From Mayamaea pseudoterrestris (lineage: Eukaryota): a DNA stretch of 64,000 nt. A program made the translations under genes and the position numbers. Positions 47,259-58,630 of this stretch are shown one piece after another. The stretch's first letter is position 1. Each line of letters begins with the position of its first letter. The stretch spans positions 434,001 to 498,000 of the forward strand of contig BROI01000015.1 of NCBI GenBank assembly GCA_027923505.1. The letters are read 5' to 3'. The notes beneath the pieces were generated by a model, which saw only the letters and a program-made list of their open reading frames with translations, had not been told where the DNA came from and ran no database searches.

Positions 47259-48698
47259 ATGACAAAGTCACAGCAAATAACAAGTAAAGATCGATCCAGA
47301 TCACGCTCTTTTATAACAATGACTAACGATCATGGATTCCAGCTCGACAATTTGCCTCAGACTGCGGTGAGGGATAGTAGCTTGCCCGAGATTATGCACG
47401 ACAATAGCGATGAGACCGTTGATTCCCTCGTCATGGCACGCCGCATGCTTCCAAGTCACAAGCCAAGTCGCATGCAAACTACAAATGGACAGGAGACTGC
47501 TGCCACCGAAGATATGGTGGAAGAGTCGGATCATGAACGGCTGGCATGCAGCTCATTCAAGGAGGAGCAGGTCTTTATCTCGCCGGTCAAAGTTTCGAAA
47601 GCAAAGGTGGAATTCTTCAACTCGCCGCAAGTTTTCGTCAAGGGCGACGCAGCTTCAGCCACACCAGGCAAAAGCCCAAACGGGGTCATGGAAGGACCTT
47701 ACGGCGATGATTGCATGCAGTATGGGAACGATTCAATGGATCTCGAAGCATTGACGGAATCGCCGGTCAAGACGCACCGACGAACGAAAAGCAGCGATGC
47801 CGATCCGTCAAGTACTCGCCGACGGTCTCGTGTCACAATTGATAAGGAAGACAAGACCGACAGTGCAGTCATCAGCAGTCCGCGACGAAGCAGCAGATTG
47901 ACCCGCGCTCCAGGTCTGCAGGGACGAAGTAGTGCTTCTGGTCGGGTGCTGGCATCGCCTCGTACACCTGAAATGGCGACGAAGACTTCTAAATTGCAAG
48001 CATTACAGGCTGGCGAGCAATGCATTGTATTTCCAAACTTTCAAGACTCATTCATTTCCACTGCGTCGTCCACTGATGCTGGCCCGTCTATGCCCTTTCA
48101 TGATTCTGCCTTTTCGTCATCGCAAGGTGAAAGCTTGCGACTGAGTCGAGAGAGCACGGATTCGGAAGATGAGCATATCTTTCACAGTCACAAGGAACAG
48201 AGACCAGTGTCACCATCAGCTCGTCGTTCGTCGCCGGTCCGGCGTCGATCTTCGCGACTAATGCGCGCGTCGCCGACTCAAAGAAGCACCCAGCAGCAGG
48301 CCCAGACTCTTGCGAGTGCTACTGATTTCGTCGTGGCTGCATCTCCACGACGAACCAACAGCCATCGTACATCGAAACGGCCTCCAACCTCTCCGACGCG
48401 TACATCCCGCAAGGTACAACCTCAGTTGCAGCAACCGATCGCTCCCGTCACTCGATACGAAATGGAACGTCAGCAGACACACGCTACGGACCTATTTGCC
48501 GAAATTAAGTCGAGTGCTGCTGACCGTCGTCGCCGGCGGCACTCGAGCATTGAACAGGTCATTTTGAAACAAAAGTGCACCTCTTCTGGGCACGAGGCGA
48601 GCGTGTTTGAACAAGCGTCGAAGGAGACTATGAATGATTTGTTCAACGACTCTTTCACCGAGTTGATTTGCTGGCGACGGGCGGGTGTTGAGTACTAG
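47259..48698 (+). CDS. Ser/Arg-rich low-complexity hypothetical protein
   Basis: 479-aa ORF with many SP/SPR motifs; no domain recognised. Confidence 0.65.
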   Translation: MTKSQQITSKDRSRSRSFITMTNDHGFQLDNLPQTAVRDSSLPEIMHDNSDETVDSLVMARRMLPSHKPSRMQTTNGQETAATEDMVEESDHERLACSSFKEEQVFISPVKVSKAKVEFFNSPQVFVKGDAASATPGKSPNGVMEGPYGDDCMQYGNDSMDLEALTESPVKTHRRTKSSDADPSSTRRRSRVTIDKEDKTDSAVISSPRRSSRLTRAPGLQGRSSASGRVLASPRTPEMATKTSKLQALQAGEQCIVFPNFQDSFISTASSTDAGPSMPFHDSAFSSSQGESLRLSRESTDSEDEHIFHSHKEQRPVSPSARRSSPVRRRSSRLMRASPTQRSTQQQAQTLASATDFVVAASPRRTNSHRTSKRPPTSPTRTSRKVQPQLQQPIAPVTRYEMERQQTHATDLFAEIKSSAADRRRRRHSSIEQVILKQKCTSSGHEASVFEQASKETMNDLFNDSFTELICWRRAGVEY

Positions 48699-49258
48699 TT
48701 ACTAGTCTTAATAGTATTTGCATAAGTGTCTGCAGCCTATTATAAAGTAACTACCCTACTTGGCCACTGATTTTTAGCAAGCCCTGGTGATGGGTACATA
48801 GCTCCATCATTATTACACTTTCGCAGCCTCGTCATTTAAACGTACTCTACGTCCATCGTCCCCTTCTAGTTTTGACTCTTTTGGCAACGTCTGCATACTA
48901 TAAGTAGCTAAAATTTGCAGTACATATAATATATACTCTATCATACAACTACTGTTGGACGACTCTCTCCGAGCAATTTTAGCAGCTGCCGCGGGAGCTC
49001 GATCGAAGTGTCGGGTCGTCTCCGTATTCAACTCCGATGTGCCATAAGTGGATGACCCGAATCCTGACGCAGTCGAAACAGCTTTAGTATGGTCTACAAA
49101 GTAGAGGAGTATTTACTACGCGCCGGCATTCGTGTTTGCTTCGGATGGACGGCAAAATTTCGGTACGCCGGGAATGAAGGAGCCGAAGAGTTCCGGTCTG
49201 CATGCACCAATGGCAGCAACACTGCAATAGTCTATTGCTTCATTCGGCGCCTTAGACG

Positions 49259-51589
49259 ATGAGCAATTCGCAGCAGTTTGACGACGATCAGTTCGAGAAT
49301 CGAGACGGAGGAGACGACGACGCAGTTACCGTCGCGTCGAGCGCCAATCAAAGCACGAGCCATACTCAGGCGGCAATTGAAAGGTTGACTCAGCAAGAGG
49401 AAAGAGCACTCTTGCAACTACAAGATGCTCTCGACTGCATGGTAGGAAACGCAGGCGGTAGTAGTGGTGGATATGTGGCGGATATCGACTACTCTGCCTA
49501 CATTACGGCTTGCGAGAGATGTCCGGAAATTTTGCAGAATCCATCCTTTCGCATACCCTTTTTGCGGCGGTTTAACATGGATCCATGGGCTGCAGCAAAA
49601 CGAATGATTTGTTACTGGACGGAACGGCATTTTCTGTTTGGTGATGCTGCGTTTCGGCCACTGACAATCGCCGTGCTACCCGCTCTTTTTCAAGAAGCTT
49701 CGATTGTATTGCTTCCTCATCGTGACAAGGAAGGCCGCAGCGTTTTGTTCCTCGACCGCTTGAAACTGAATTATGAGCAGCTCTGTGACGACAAGGGCAG
49801 AGCTCAGTGTTTATTCTACCTTTTGGACCTTGCTGTGCAACAAAACCCGACTGCATGTACCAAGGGAATCGTCGCACTTGCACTAGTTGCAAAACCTCCT
49901 AAATATGATACGGTGGCCAAGACGAAGGATGTTTCTTGGTGGGATTCTTTCTTTCAGTCGTTTAGTAACCTGTACGAGTGGAAGTTTCCAAGGCATTGCG
50001 TGCGGATTGCAACTCAAGCGATGCCAGTCCAAATATCCATGATACACATATGCACGCTTCCTCAATCAACTGGTGTCGGCTACTTGCGCACTGCAGCCGT
50101 CAATGTTTGCTTAAACATGATTGGGTCTTACTATAGTACTCTCACTAAAGTACATCATGGGAACAGGAAACCAGAGAGTTTCGAGGAAGACGATGATTCT
50201 GACGGAGCGGAAGGTGCAGACCAGTTTGCACGAATGCATCAAGCGTCACTGTTGCGACAATTGCGCCCGTACGGTCTTTTTAAGCGACAGCTACCTGAAG
50301 TCATTGGAGGATCGTTTACCATGCAAAACTTTGGGCAATGGATGCAACGCCAATCCAGTCAAGAAGCACGAAACTTCGCTTCCAAGGAGGAATTGCTGCA
50401 GCGCAAGCGCGAGATCAACCTTGTTCATTCGAGACAGAAGCGACAGAGACGGAGACAAGAACACGACGAGCTGGGCAATCAGTGCGAGCAGTTAAAAATC
50501 GAAAACCAGCATTCAAAGGCGGAAATTTATCGTCTCGAGACATTGCTTCGTCAAGCGAACGATATTGTGAGGCAACTTGAGCGGGAAGGAAACGATGGAT
50601 CAGTGGAAGTGACCTCATCATCCGAGGCAATATTTTCAAGTGTCTCCCATTCTGACTCGTCAGCCGTGCCTGTAACATCAATGGATAGTCCGGCGGTAGA
50701 TGACAATGAGCTTAGCGCGCGCATTGGCTTTGCGGAAGGTCAATCAATGATGCTGGATTCACAGTCAATCCCACTTTCCGCAACTTCAAACGCGACAATA
50801 AATTATGCGCTCCAACCGCAGTCTACAGCTTCTCCTCCGGTGGCAACGCAGCAGCCTGCCGCTCGCATGTATAACGCAGCAAACATGTTCTCCTCTCAGA
50901 GTACACACCAATTTTTACAAAGCGAAACAGCCTCTTCGTCGACTCCTCCGCCATCTCTGTCGCTGAGTGCGCCAATGCCCCACGTACCTGAGCCTTTAAC
51001 TGCACTTTTTGCGCACGATCAAAACATTCCATCCGCGGCCGATTTGTGCCAAGGGTTTTCGGACGACGAAGACGATCATGCGTTTAAGAATCAAATCCAA
51101 GATGTTGTTGAACCGCAACCTAATACGCTATGGAGTTCAATGCTTGGCTTGTTTCGGCAAAATACATTTGCAGGCGGGAATATGAACCAACCGCCCACCA
51201 TGGCTAGCGCTGCGGCTTCATCTAGCTATCAGGAGGCATCACGGCCTGTTTCGTCCGCAGTATTTGGCGACCATTATGCACACCACGACTTTCATCGGCC
51301 CTCAACTTTTGCCACTACCAGCCCCGCATCATATAGCTCACCAGGATGGCAAGTTACCACCACCACAACGATTGCTCCTCTCTCGCCGCAGCTGCAACAA
51401 CCATACCTTGGTCAAGATTGCCGCCCGCAGCATGGAAGTGATCGCTCACCAACGCAATGGTTCGAAACCGTGAACAAGTCTCCACTGACAGATTACTACA
51501 CGGATCGATCCAGCCCAGCATCGAGCTCAGCTGCGCCAACCATGGCTGCGTCGCAGTCGCCCGTCGACGCAGATTGGTACTCTTGGTAA
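49259..51589 (+). CDS. CRAL-TRIO/Sec14-like domain protein fused to a bZIP domain
   Basis: FLRRFNMDPWAAAKRMICYWTERHFLFG, DKEGRSVLF and QLPEVIGGSF are CRAL-TRIO-like. They are followed by KREINLVHSRQKRQRRRQEHDEL (N-x7-R-x9-L) and a leucine heptad. Confidence 0.75.
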   Translation: MSNSQQFDDDQFENRDGGDDDAVTVASSANQSTSHTQAAIERLTQQEERALLQLQDALDCMVGNAGGSSGGYVADIDYSAYITACERCPEILQNPSFRIPFLRRFNMDPWAAAKRMICYWTERHFLFGDAAFRPLTIAVLPALFQEASIVLLPHRDKEGRSVLFLDRLKLNYEQLCDDKGRAQCLFYLLDLAVQQNPTACTKGIVALALVAKPPKYDTVAKTKDVSWWDSFFQSFSNLYEWKFPRHCVRIATQAMPVQISMIHICTLPQSTGVGYLRTAAVNVCLNMIGSYYSTLTKVHHGNRKPESFEEDDDSDGAEGADQFARMHQASLLRQLRPYGLFKRQLPEVIGGSFTMQNFGQWMQRQSSQEARNFASKEELLQRKREINLVHSRQKRQRRRQEHDELGNQCEQLKIENQHSKAEIYRLETLLRQANDIVRQLEREGNDGSVEVTSSSEAIFSSVSHSDSSAVPVTSMDSPAVDDNELSARIGFAEGQSMMLDSQSIPLSATSNATINYALQPQSTASPPVATQQPAARMYNAANMFSSQSTHQFLQSETASSSTPPPSLSLSAPMPHVPEPLTALFAHDQNIPSAADLCQGFSDDEDDHAFKNQIQDVVEPQPNTLWSSMLGLFRQNTFAGGNMNQPPTMASAAASSSYQEASRPVSSAVFGDHYAHHDFHRPSTFATTSPASYSSPGWQVTTTTTIAPLSPQLQQPYLGQDCRPQHGSDRSPTQWFETVNKSPLTDYYTDRSSPASSSAAPTMAASQSPVDADWYSW

Positions 51590-52170
51590 CGTATGAACAT
51601 GTAGCGCGCAAATTATGAACCTGACACGACAAATGCACGCGCAAATACAGCTTTATGTATTGATGCCGGTTGTAAAGCTAGGGGACGGAACCTTCCTAAT
51701 ATTTTAGTTCATAGTAGTGGGTTTTCGCTCTGTATACTATGCTGCGCAAATTACATTGGTCGCCGCTGAAACCTACCGGTACAGTATACTTGTAATGAGT
51801 AGCATAGTCGGGTTCAAGAATACTTGTACGTCGTACGCATATCGCACCAACACTAACGTCTATCGCTGCGACACAGAAAGTCGGCACGCTCAACGGTTCC
51901 GCAAGCACACCATCACTTTTGGCCATGGTTAATCATCGGACCCAATAACTTTGCAATTTCCAAATTTAGTACTCTTGGCGACAACGCTTTCTTCGAAGAA
52001 CACTGAAGGCTGTAACGATTGGATTGACAGTGAACTGTTAATCTTCACTGTCAGTTCGAGACTCGTGCCTCATCAACGACATCACTACTCGTTGGCTGTT
52101 GGCTTGCAGCTTCCTTGTCGACTGCTTCACAATTGAAAAACAGCTTTATCGACTCCAGTAAACTATAAGC

Positions 52171-55100
52171 ATGTCGAGCAAAAAAGGCTCTCGTCATGGT
52201 CGCGACGAAGTGCCATTGCTGTCGCGGACTGTCGTCGATTCGTCATTCGACGGAGCAGTGCAGATCCACTTTCCCAATGCCCAAGCCAACTCAAGATCGA
52301 TGGCTGCAATCAATTTGTCACTGCCAAGTAAATCTTCAAAGAAGAAACGTGGATTAATAGTTCGTCTCTTGGCGCCGCTCAAAAGGAAGCAGCCTGCTCC
52401 TCCAAAGTCTATCACTCAAAAGCAACAATCAACCCAGTCTCAGTCGAATTCACATGTTCGACCCATAGCGTCAGCGACAACCACCTCAACGAGTACAACA
52501 AATAGTCGACTACCAGAAGTGCAACAAAACACTTTTTTACGTCAAACTCATAGTCGAGCCAATGCTTCGCCGCCGCGACTGGAAATGCCTCGCAAGGATA
52601 CAGTCAGGAAGCTTCGTCCCTTTCCTGTGCCTCTGCGAAGGAGGCGGAACAATAATGCTCTCGCTGACGATCCACCAGATATTGAACAGTCGCGTGCGTT
52701 ACCGTCATTGACGACTCCTGCGGCTGCGACTGGCGTTGGTCATAATATTGCTTCTGTCGCAGATACTATTTCGCCAAGACACGATGACGCCTATGGATCC
52801 AATGCAAAACACAGCTTTACTGCTGACGATACATTGTTGCAAAGTGAGCAACCACGCAACAATCTACTATTTGATACAAAATCAATTTTTAGTTTGACTA
52901 CGAGTAAATCTGAAACGACAACCTCGTCAGTTCAGTTTGAGCAAGAAAGCCAGTTGTCTACCGAAAGCGATGGTGCGCTCGATTCGTTATTAACGCCGGA
53001 AGCTCGACAAAGTCATGGCAACTTTTTCTTTTCGGATGCAACTCAAGTCGCGAGTGCATCAGTCATTGAAGAAAAGAAGGCGGATGAAGATGCCACCGCA
53101 TTGTCGACACCAAGGCGTTCGGGCATTGATTGGCCGTACAATGATAGTGCTGATGCTGACGAGAATGATGAATCTCCTAACGGATCGAATTCCAACACGA
53201 ATCCATCTGAACAAAACGACAATCTTGCAAGCAAGCTTGATACGCACATATCAAGTCATCACAAGTCTGAACTATTGCCAATGGAGCAACGAATATTGGC
53301 TTTACTCAACCGGCCCTTTGGACGAGCGCACTTGCCGGTTGATATCGCGCGCCGCTACGTGGCCGAAGTGAGCCAAGCTGAATGGGACGCGGACGAGCAC
53401 AAGTGGAAATACCGAGTCTTATTGCAGAATCGAAATCTACAGTTGTCGCCACGCAATGATCAGATTCCACAGTCGTTTACCACGGCCTTTACCTGGCGAT
53501 CGCTGGCTGACTTTCTTTGGCTGGAGAAGGCGCTTCATCACGAGTTTCACGGTGGCTTATTACTTCCCGATTTAAATATTGCATTGGGACGAGCCGTGGA
53601 CTCGAACTTGGAGGGCATGCCAGTGGAAGCTGATCGACTGAAACATTGGCTGAACGATGTATTGAATGGGATTAGAGGCCAAGGAGAGCTCATTCTCGAT
53701 CACGAAACTGTCGATATATTATACGCAGATGCAATGGAAAGGTTTCTTTACCAATCGGGGGGTCCTTTAGAAGACGACGATGACAGTATCGTCGACCACA
53801 AAAGCGCCAAGAGGCCTCATAAACCTGAATCATTTCTGCAGGCACTGTGGAACAGGCCGTTGTCCATGGTACCGCTCGACTTTTGCGTCGGTCCAGACAC
53901 GGTTATATACTCGTCGCGGGCAGACACGCGAGCACCACCTCTCGGATATGCTGCTTGTGCTTCCGGTGCTCTAGGAAATTCGACGTCGTATGATGCTCAG
54001 GACTCAATCATGACGGATCATATCACGGTAGTCTCCTCTGCTTCAACACGACCATCGTCGGTGCTAGCAATTCACTCGATTGCGGTGGACGCGGAGGGAG
54101 AATTGGCGTCAATTTATCGCAAGACTGCCTTGTCGGCTATGGAAAAGCTGCAAGTTTTAAAGGAAGAAGAGGATCTGCTTGGTCAAAATTGGAAACGTTT
54201 TGCTGAGTGTCTTTCTAACCTTTTTGCGTATGAAAAAAATGTTGAAAGTGCTAAGTTATGTGGCTTGAAGATATGTAGCGAGAAAGTTCCTTTCAGCCAA
54301 GTTAAAAGGGGCAAGATCGAAGATGGCCTTCGTGTGTTAGCAGACCACAAAAACCAAAGAGTTGTGCCTGCACTTGAAGAGTTGCAAACGATGCTGGCTG
54401 CTTTCGTCGCAGATTTAAGCGCCGCAGAACCTTCAATCAGTGCCTTTAAGGCAGCCACAAATGATTTGCACGATGCGGAGTATGTTTATAGAGGAGAAGC
54501 ATTCAAGAAAGATGTACGACCAGTCGATCAAACACTATCACAAGACGGTCTTCTATCCAAAAAGCCCTTGGACTTAATCGAAGATGACTGTTCTGAAACC
54601 GGCTCATGTGAACTTGTGCGACATCTTAGAGCGCACGAACGCCTTCTCCAGCGCTCTCTCACGGAGTTGTGCCGAGGGGTTCCAATTCGAATTTCTCGCA
54701 TGTTTTGGAGGCTCTGGAAGACAGAGGCAACGGAGTGCGCGTTGATCATCAAGGCAGCAAATGTACTGAAGTCAAATACCGACGTGCGGAACGGAGAAGC
54801 TGTGGCGCGAATGAAAAAACGACATTTGAACGAAGAAAAAGAAGACTCAGTTATTGAGCTTGACGTCATAAATCGTTTACTTACGCTCGGATCTTCCGGT
54901 AGTAACGAAACGGGTAACAAAGTCACCAATATGCGAGGCGACGGCGACAATAATGTGAAGATGACAAAGCTTCTGGATCACCAGCATGTTCTACACATTG
55001 CCCGTGCACGAACAGGCCGATGGGATGAAAAGCTTACACGAGCGATTATGGAAGCAATCGACGTCAAAGATCCAGACGTCCGCGTCGAAGAAACCTCAAA

Positions 55101-55959
55101 GGAACTCCGGCTAGTGCGTAGATATGCTTTCGGTCTTCGACAGCAGGTCAGTCAGTGTCTCAATGCTTTAGAACGAATCCTCGTATCGTACGTGGACGCG
55201 TCTAAGCTTAGTCAAGGTGGCATCAACAAGCGCGACGACAACTCAATTCAGAGAAGGCGACGTGAATTATTGATAGAATTGTCGAAACTCTGTAGAAGCA
55301 AATTCCTTATCGAAAAGGATAGGACGAGACGTTCTGCACAAATGTTGGCGATTTTGTCAAGAGTTGGGGTTGTTGCGCAAGAATTGAACGTGGATGAACT
55401 GGCAATGCAGGTCCTATCTTGTCGCGATTCCCAGACCGAATGGCTATTAAGAAGCATGCGCGAATTGCTTATGGATTACTTCAATCGAGTTGAAGTCATC
55501 GAAAGTTTTGTTTACATGGAACGCGTCGGTATCCAGATTGAAAATTATTTCAGCAGACGTCGCGCAGAATCGCTGGCGGATTTTGAAAAGAAAACTGATT
55601 TGACTGCAGCTATTAACGCCGCCAAGCGAAAGGCATCAAAGAAGGTGGTGCATGAGCTACAGGCGAAACTCGACATGCTTGCATCAGATGTATCACACAC
55701 GAAGGTTAAAGCGGCAAAGGATGTTCACTTGGGCGCAAAGAAAATAAAAGCCGAACTTCATGACTTGGCAATTCGAAGTCTGACCCGATCGCGCGAGGGA
55801 TCTACTGAAAGGATAGTAGGCTTGATCTCAATTTGGGCGGAAGAAGAGGGACGATCAGCGACTACTGAACTTACAGCTTTGAAGGCTGTGATGGACGTAA
55901 TGCTTCAACAAATGAGTGCACTGTCGGTTGAAGCAATGATTTACCGTGTGGCGGATTAA
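52171..55959 (+). CDS. PX-domain, coiled-coil (sorting-nexin-like) protein
   Basis: KYRVLL..TWRSLADFLWLEKALHHEF.G.LLPDL..LKHWLNDVL resembles a PX domain. Long helical C-terminal region and disordered N-terminus. Confidence 0.6.
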   Translation: MSSKKGSRHGRDEVPLLSRTVVDSSFDGAVQIHFPNAQANSRSMAAINLSLPSKSSKKKRGLIVRLLAPLKRKQPAPPKSITQKQQSTQSQSNSHVRPIASATTTSTSTTNSRLPEVQQNTFLRQTHSRANASPPRLEMPRKDTVRKLRPFPVPLRRRRNNNALADDPPDIEQSRALPSLTTPAAATGVGHNIASVADTISPRHDDAYGSNAKHSFTADDTLLQSEQPRNNLLFDTKSIFSLTTSKSETTTSSVQFEQESQLSTESDGALDSLLTPEARQSHGNFFFSDATQVASASVIEEKKADEDATALSTPRRSGIDWPYNDSADADENDESPNGSNSNTNPSEQNDNLASKLDTHISSHHKSELLPMEQRILALLNRPFGRAHLPVDIARRYVAEVSQAEWDADEHKWKYRVLLQNRNLQLSPRNDQIPQSFTTAFTWRSLADFLWLEKALHHEFHGGLLLPDLNIALGRAVDSNLEGMPVEADRLKHWLNDVLNGIRGQGELILDHETVDILYADAMERFLYQSGGPLEDDDDSIVDHKSAKRPHKPESFLQALWNRPLSMVPLDFCVGPDTVIYSSRADTRAPPLGYAACASGALGNSTSYDAQDSIMTDHITVVSSASTRPSSVLAIHSIAVDAEGELASIYRKTALSAMEKLQVLKEEEDLLGQNWKRFAECLSNLFAYEKNVESAKLCGLKICSEKVPFSQVKRGKIEDGLRVLADHKNQRVVPALEELQTMLAAFVADLSAAEPSISAFKAATNDLHDAEYVYRGEAFKKDVRPVDQTLSQDGLLSKKPLDLIEDDCSETGSCELVRHLRAHERLLQRSLTELCRGVPIRISRMFWRLWKTEATECALIIKAANVLKSNTDVRNGEAVARMKKRHLNEEKEDSVIELDVINRLLTLGSSGSNETGNKVTNMRGDGDNNVKMTKLLDHQHVLHIARARTGRWDEKLTRAIMEAIDVKDPDVRVEETSKELRLVRRYAFGLRQQVSQCLNALERILVSYVDASKLSQGGINKRDDNSIQRRRRELLIELSKLCRSKFLIEKDRTRRSAQMLAILSRVGVVAQELNVDELAMQVLSCRDSQTEWLLRSMRELLMDYFNRVEVIESFVYMERVGIQIENYFSRRRAESLADFEKKTDLTAAINAAKRKASKKVVHELQAKLDMLASDVSHTKVKAAKDVHLGAKKIKAELHDLAIRSLTRSREGSTERIVGLISIWAEEEGRSATTELTALKAVMDVMLQQMSALSVEAMIYRVAD

Positions 55960-56143
55960 TCCGGAGCAAATCTACTAAAACTGTGAGATGCTCAGGAACC
56001 GGTTGCTTGTTTGCATAGTTTCCGGCGCAATAATTGTTACAGTAATGTGCATTACTTTTTGCTAAGTTTCCGAGCTACATTATTTGCGTAACGATAATGC
56101 CGCCTCTTCGCTAGTTTGTGCTTTCAATAAAATCCAGCGAAAC

Positions 56144-58098
56144 TCATTGCCTCGAAAACATTTTAATGAGGTCTGCTACCCGTCTCGGATCCTCGTCATT
56201 ACGAGTACCAATTTTATCCGAAATGGCTTGGCGTTGATTGCTTGATTCCAAGATCCTGGAATTATATGCGGCGTTCTCAAGCTGTGTCGACATGGCGCAC
56301 ACATTGCTCTCGGCAGAGAATTGGCACTGCGTTTCTAGCTGCTGGTCGCATGGTAAGCTGCTGGATAATGTTTGGTCATCTTCATCCGCCGACTCGCATT
56401 CGCAGTGCACGCTAAAGTCTACTTCTTCCACCTCACTTGGAGTTATACTTTCGCAATCGCCGTCTGTGACCACTTCACCTGGAGACACACTTTTGCAATC
56501 GCCGTCTGCAATTACTGACATTGCTTGCATCGTCCATTGAGTTGCATCATCAGCCTCGGCCAAAACGTTGAGCGCTTCTGGTAGCCCGTTGATGGAAAAT
56601 GAATCATTTTCGGTGCAGACGGTCGTTCCAGCATAAGTTTCAGCTACCGTCTCGTGGCACATGCTTGAATTCTCACCACTGAATGCTTGTTTGGTGTCCT
56701 CACCCGATTCGCTTTGAGTCCGTGAGAGATAAACGGCTGCACCAAAGACAATCATTGCCGCAGCCACTGTGGCAGATGCAGCACCAGCGACCACAGTTTC
56801 TCTTCCGATTTCATTTGCGTCAGCCACAGAAGCTGTCCTATTTCCTGATGTATCGTCGTCAGTTGAGGCATCCAGGATGAACGATATGTCACTCGTTGTA
56901 GCTAATGACATTTGAAAGAGACGTTGATACATGTGTCAGTAAGCATGCAACTGGACAAGAATCACACTACAATCGCGATCAAGAACGTACCAAAGATATT
57001 ACTTTGGTCGAGCTGTTGTTGAAGCAGAATAATGTAGTCTGCTTTACCTTCTTGAGTAAACGCACGGGATAAAGAGACATCGAGCGTTTCTCGTGTCGGG
57101 AAGCCCTCACCTCGAAAAGTTGCCGTTGAAGTGTAGTTCATTACAAATGGTTCGACAGGCGACGTTAGCCTCTTTGCTTCCAAACTTGTTTCAAATGCCA
57201 GCACGTCCGGATAAGTCTCATTGAATCGCTGTATTAGGTACTCTGCGGTAAGTGATACCACTTGATCGACTTCAGTATCCTGAGGAATCCTTGTGAGGTC
57301 GAGACTATATAAGATTGTGTAAGGTGACAGCGAGACGTCGGTTGTGCTTGTAGGGGAAGCAACTACTGATGGCGTGGTGTTGTCGCTACTCGGAGCAACG
57401 GTTATTGATGGCTGCTTGGAAGGTTGTATTATATTCGCACTTGAAGGAGCGATTGTCAGCGATTTGTTTGTAGGCGGAACTTTGGCTGCAGGCATGTCGG
57501 CGAATGGTCGGAGCGACGGGGCAGCACTCAGAGTCGGAGAGGGGCTGAGCGTAGGAAAGCTGGACTTTTTGCTTTTCTTGCTCTTGCGAACCTTTGAAGC
57601 CTTCTTCGACTTCTTTGCAATCAAATGTTTCTTCTTGGCGACACTTCCTTTGGACGACCACACTTTTGGCGGAGGGACCTTGAGTGATTTGGAGTTTTTT
57701 GAAGCGCCTTTCGGATAGAGTGACTTTGGTAGTCCCTTTGATTGGCTGCCCGATAAATTGTAATCCATGTCATCGCGTCTTGTTTTAGCACTTCCAGTGC
57801 GATTGACATTTTTTGTCTTTGATTCTTTTGCATAAAACGCTGCGGATCCGCTACTACTTGCAATCAACGTCTCATTCGCTGTTGACTCAATTGTAACTTC
57901 GCCCGTAGGCGCCAAATTTGAGCCGTCATCAACTGAATTTACGGTGCTGGTCATCTTGTACGTTGGTAAGCTTTCTGCTGATGAATCAGCGACAAACAGG
58001 TTGTAATCGTCAATTCCAAAGGCTCGTCGGCGACCCCTAACGTTTCCTTCGAGGCTGAGGACAGGGCTGAGCAGGCCAAGCAGCATTAACCTTTTCAT
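56144..58098 (-). CDS. Type I membrane protein with Lys-rich lumenal segment (~621 aa), 2 exons
   Basis: Intron 56902-56990 (GTACGT..TAG, phase 1) joins the ORFs. Signal peptide MKRLMLLGLLSPVLS, KxxK-rich tract, PT/PS stalk, TM segment VVAGAASATVAAAMIVFGAAVYL, acidic tail. Confidence 0.75.
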
Positions 58099-58630
58099 CT
58101 TGAACTGCATTCCCGCACCGTGCACCTAATTCCAATGGGTCTCTTGGCGGCTCTTTGGCAAGCTTCGCTTGTTTGTGCTCATGCCATGCGCAGCTCACGG
58201 AAGTTGTTTGCTAAAAATCGTTTCAACGTGTGACGTGGGGTCGCCCGGCTCGTTCACCGCGCACCGCCAACCCGCCTTGCGCATCTTACTTGGTAGCTAT
58301 GAGACGAGCGCCTATTATAAATCATTAGAAATTGCAACAAGGCCATCTAATCCAGTCAAGAGTAATATGGACTCCAAAAAGTTGCCGATATTTTAAGCTC
58401 ATCGCTGATTGATATTTGAACCGAAGAGGACAATTTGCGGAGTACAGATCCATTTTAGGCGACTATAAGTTCCGTGACTACGTGCATCTGTCATTTACCA
58501 AGGGTGGCTTAAAGCTTAAACTTACGTAGGTAACAACGTGTTCATGTGGTCTGTCTAAACAATAAAAGTTGATTAAGATATTCGCTGATCTTTGTACAAG
58601 AAAAGTGTCTCCTCCGCGAGCTCCAATACT

